The translations under genes and the position numbers were made by a program. Positions 43,130 through 45,377 of a DNA stretch of 45,377 bases are shown piece by piece; position 1 is the stretch's first letter; every line of letters begins with the position of its first letter. The stretch lies in sequence record MT446391.1; one strand, 5' to 3'. The DNA is from Escherichia virus TH13. The notes beneath the pieces are model-generated. The model saw only the letters and a program-made list of their open reading frames with translations, ran no database searches and was not told where the DNA came from.

Positions 43130-43607
43130 CAACGGTCTAAGATTTACGGCAGCATGGGAGGCTTTCAGCCCGGTGCCGTATTTCGCGACCAAGAAAGAGC
43201 AGGCCCGCGGCCTGTACACTTGGGGTTATGGTCATACCGGCACTAATCCGCCTCGAAGCATTACCCGAGCGGAAGCGCTGGATCTGCTTAAGCGCGATGT
43301 GGCGTATGCTGAGGACTGGGTGAACAAATACGCGCATAAGAGTATTAACCAGGCGCAATTTGACGCGCTGGTGGACCTGGTAATCAACGCCGGTCCTGGT
43401 CCGATCGTACCGGATGACGTCGCGAATGATTTCGATGATGCGGTACGGTTGGGCGACTGGGCGAAGGTCCGTGCTACGCTGCCGCTGTTCCGCAAGCAAG
43501 GCGGGGAAGTGCTTAAGGGTCTGGTGCGCCGTGCAATCGGCAGACAGGCGTTGTTTGATGGTAAGCAGTGGGACGTTGCCGAGCGAATCGGTCGTAACGC
43601 AGCATAA
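43116..43607 (+). CDS. endolysin (lysozyme-like muramidase)
   Basis: 163 aa; N-terminal ...FTAAWEAF...YTWGYGHTG... resembles the catalytic Glu and GYGHT region of phage lysozyme-type endolysins; follows holin-like genes. Confidence 0.65.
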   Translation: MRFSDNGLRFTAAWEAFSPVPYFATKKEQARGLYTWGYGHTGTNPPRSITRAEALDLLKRDVAYAEDWVNKYAHKSINQAQFDALVDLVINAGPGPIVPDDVANDFDDAVRLGDWAKVRATLPLFRKQGGEVLKGLVRRAIGRQALFDGKQWDVAERIGRNAA

Positions 43608-43623
43608 TACGAGGTGACACAGT

Positions 43624-43791
43624 ATGTTAAAAAGTATTCTTGATCATAATGCGGACGCGCTTGCCGCACTGGCTAAAACCGAAGATCCGGGCGCACGCGC
43701 TATCATCGCGGACACTATCAGCCACGCTGGGGTCTTCGATGCGAAGCTGCCAAGCCCACCACCGCAGGAGGAATCTGGTCCTGAAGCGTAA
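43624..43791 (+). CDS. small hypothetical protein (55 aa)
   Basis: ATG with RBS gaggtga; below track cutoff. Confidence 0.35.
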   Translation: MLKSILDHNADALAALAKTEDPGARAIIADTISHAGVFDAKLPSPPPQEESGPEA

Positions 43792-43798
43792 ACAATCA

Positions 43799-43823
43799 AG
43801 CCCGGAATTAACCGGGCTTTTTA
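43799..43823 (+). terminator. rho-independent terminator after lysis cassette
   Basis: agcccgg-aattaa-ccgggct followed by T5. Confidence 0.6.
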
Positions 43824-43886
43824 TTGCTTGACTTGCAACCAACATAGACTCCATACTGCGACCAATCAACGAGAGGAGTAATCAAG

Positions 43887-43967
43887 ATGGCACGTAAAGA
43901 TATTTGGGTATTAGCGATCTGGACCACCGCGGCTTTTATCGGCATGGTTATTTGCGAATTGATATAG
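43887..43967 (+). CDS. tiny hydrophobic peptide (26 aa)
   Basis: strong RBS gagaggag; MARKDIWVLAIWTTAAFIGMVICELI. Confidence 0.3.
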   Translation: MARKDIWVLAIWTTAAFIGMVICELI

Positions 43968-44028
43968 CCCGCCGCCATACGGACCGTGGTATATTGTCCC
44001 CGGTCCACTAATCAGGAATTAATTAAAT

Positions 44029-45171
44029 ATGCACCCGCAAACTAAAATTACCGATGAGCAATTGATCGCAGAAATTCAGGCAGGGACTACGGTTAAAGAT
44101 ATTGCGAAGAAATACGGGATTGCCCTACGCAATGTTTATATGCGGAAAGCCCGCCTATCGAAAAAAGGCATTGGACACGGCAACGATGCCGTAATCCGCA
44201 AGCGCGTTGCCGATGGCTTTGGGGTTAAGCGCGTATCGGCCCTGGTGCGCGGTAATGGCGAAGAGGTCATGTCGTGGATCATCACTGAGCAGGACAAGGA
44301 GCGCCAACTCGAAGCTATGCGCGCTGTTGTCGATGGTATGAACAGCGAAATCACACCGGCAGCGCCCGTAAACGCCCCGCCAGTACCGGTCCATGCACTG
44401 GACCTACTCAACCTGTACACCGTGTCCGACTTCCACCTGGGCATGTTGGCCTGGGGCGAGGAGACTGGCGAAGACTGGGATATGGCGATTGCAGAAGACC
44501 TGTTTTACCGCTGGTTTGTCGAAGCCTTCGCACGCGCACCGGACGCAGGCACTGCCGTAATTAATATCCTCGGTGATATGGCGCATTTTGATAGCCTTGA
44601 TGCGGTCACCCCAGCCAGCGGGCACGTACTGGACGCGGATACCCGCTACCAGAAACTGGTCCGCTACATGATTCGCATGGTGCGCAACGTGGTAGACTTG
44701 GCACTGCAAAAACACCACAAAGTCAAACTTCTAATCGTCCAGGGGAATCATGACGAATCGGGCATGATTTGGCTGGCTGAAATGTTCAACACCCTGTACG
44801 AGAACGAGCCGCGCGTCGATGTGGATACGTCCCCGGACGTATACAAAATGGTGCAACACGGCAAGACCACGCTGTTCTTCCACCACGGGCACAAAGCGCG
44901 CTTCGATGCTATTGAAACCGTCATGATTTCCAAATTCAGACAGGCGTTCGGGTCCAGCGAGTACAGCTACGCGCATGTAGGCCACTTGCACCACCAGAAG
45001 ATTGTAGAATCCCGCAACATGATTGTTGAACAACACCGGACCCTCGCCGCGAAAGACGCATATGCCAGCCGCGGCGGTTGGATGTCCGGTCGTAGCGCCA
45101 ACGTAATAACCTACAGCGCCAACTACGGCGAAGTAGCGCGCTTAACCATTAGCCCGGAAATGTTGAAATGA
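44029..45171 (+). CDS. HTH-domain / calcineurin-like metallophosphoesterase fusion protein
   Basis: 380 aa; N-terminal HTH-like TVKDIAKKYGIALRNVYMRKARL; phosphoesterase motifs DFHLG, GDMAHFD, GNHDE, HHGH, GHLHH. Confidence 0.65.
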   Translation: MHPQTKITDEQLIAEIQAGTTVKDIAKKYGIALRNVYMRKARLSKKGIGHGNDAVIRKRVADGFGVKRVSALVRGNGEEVMSWIITEQDKERQLEAMRAVVDGMNSEITPAAPVNAPPVPVHALDLLNLYTVSDFHLGMLAWGEETGEDWDMAIAEDLFYRWFVEAFARAPDAGTAVINILGDMAHFDSLDAVTPASGHVLDADTRYQKLVRYMIRMVRNVVDLALQKHHKVKLLIVQGNHDESGMIWLAEMFNTLYENEPRVDVDTSPDVYKMVQHGKTTLFFHHGHKARFDAIETVMISKFRQAFGSSEYSYAHVGHLHHQKIVESRNMIVEQHRTLAAKDAYASRGGWMSGRSANVITYSANYGEVARLTISPEMLK

Positions 45172-45185
45172 TTAGACAAGTATTC

Positions 45186-45377
45186 ATGAGCACGCAGGCT
45201 GACCGCCTGAAGGAATTACGCAAACAACTCGAAGGCTTGCGCCGATTCGAACGAACGGCAGCGGCTATAGGCATGTCTATCAGCGAGCGGATCGAGATAC
45301 TATCGCAAATACGCTACACAGAAGGCGCTATAAGCGAAGTAGAAAGCATGTTAACCCGATACTACGGTCGCCCCGTT
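45186..45377 (+). CDS. hypothetical protein, 3-prime truncated by window edge
   Basis: open frame from ATG to end of window (64 codons, MSTQADRLKELRKQ...). Confidence 0.4.
   Translation, partial: MSTQADRLKELRKQLEGLRRFERTAAAIGMSISERIEILSQIRYTEGAISEVESMLTRYYGRPV

Noticed and set aside
1-45377. Integrase, excisionase, repressor or attachment site indicating a temperate lifestyle
   Set aside because: No tyrosine or serine recombinase motifs were seen in any ORF. A CI-like repressor cannot be excluded among the small HTH proteins, but the gene content reads as a lytic replication module.

Overview
This 45.4-kb window reads as a near-complete genome (or a large slice) of a tailed dsDNA phage with a lambda-like siphovirus tail module, probably infecting a Gram-negative host (spanin pair, lipobox lipoprotein). 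Layout: plus-strand late/structural arm (~1-23.9 kb: terminase small and large subunits, portal, head morphogenesis, spanins, scaffold, major capsid, head-tail proteins, major tail, G/GT chaperone with a -1 frameshift, tape measure, gpM/L/K/I/J-like tail tip, and a tail fiber with C-terminal intramolecular chaperone); minus-strand early/replication arm (~23.9-37.2 kb: acidic first-early protein, Cas4-like PD-(D/E)XK nuclease, SSB-like protein, family A DNA polymerase, VRR-NUC, SNF2-type helicase, two DNA methyltransferase-like genes, HAD hydrolase, small unknowns); and a second plus-strand arm (~37.6-45.4 kb: HTH protein, primase/helicase, small unknowns, holin/endolysin, HTH-metallophosphoesterase). 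No rRNA, tRNA, CRISPR array or transposase was identified. The most unusual features are a perfect 587-bp tandem duplication carrying a VRR-NUC gene, a two-copy ~175-bp GGGACA-iteron element, a strongly enriched (A)TTGGTTGCA/TGCAACCAA(T) motif at about 20 sites, two reverse-oriented moron cassettes inside the structural arm (one a lipoprotein plus beta-helix-like protein next to the receptor-binding genes), and charged-repeat early proteins. All calls are from reading the sequence and the supplied ORF track; no database search was run, so product names are motif- and synteny-based. Hand-read coordinates of small motifs may be off by 1-2 nt.
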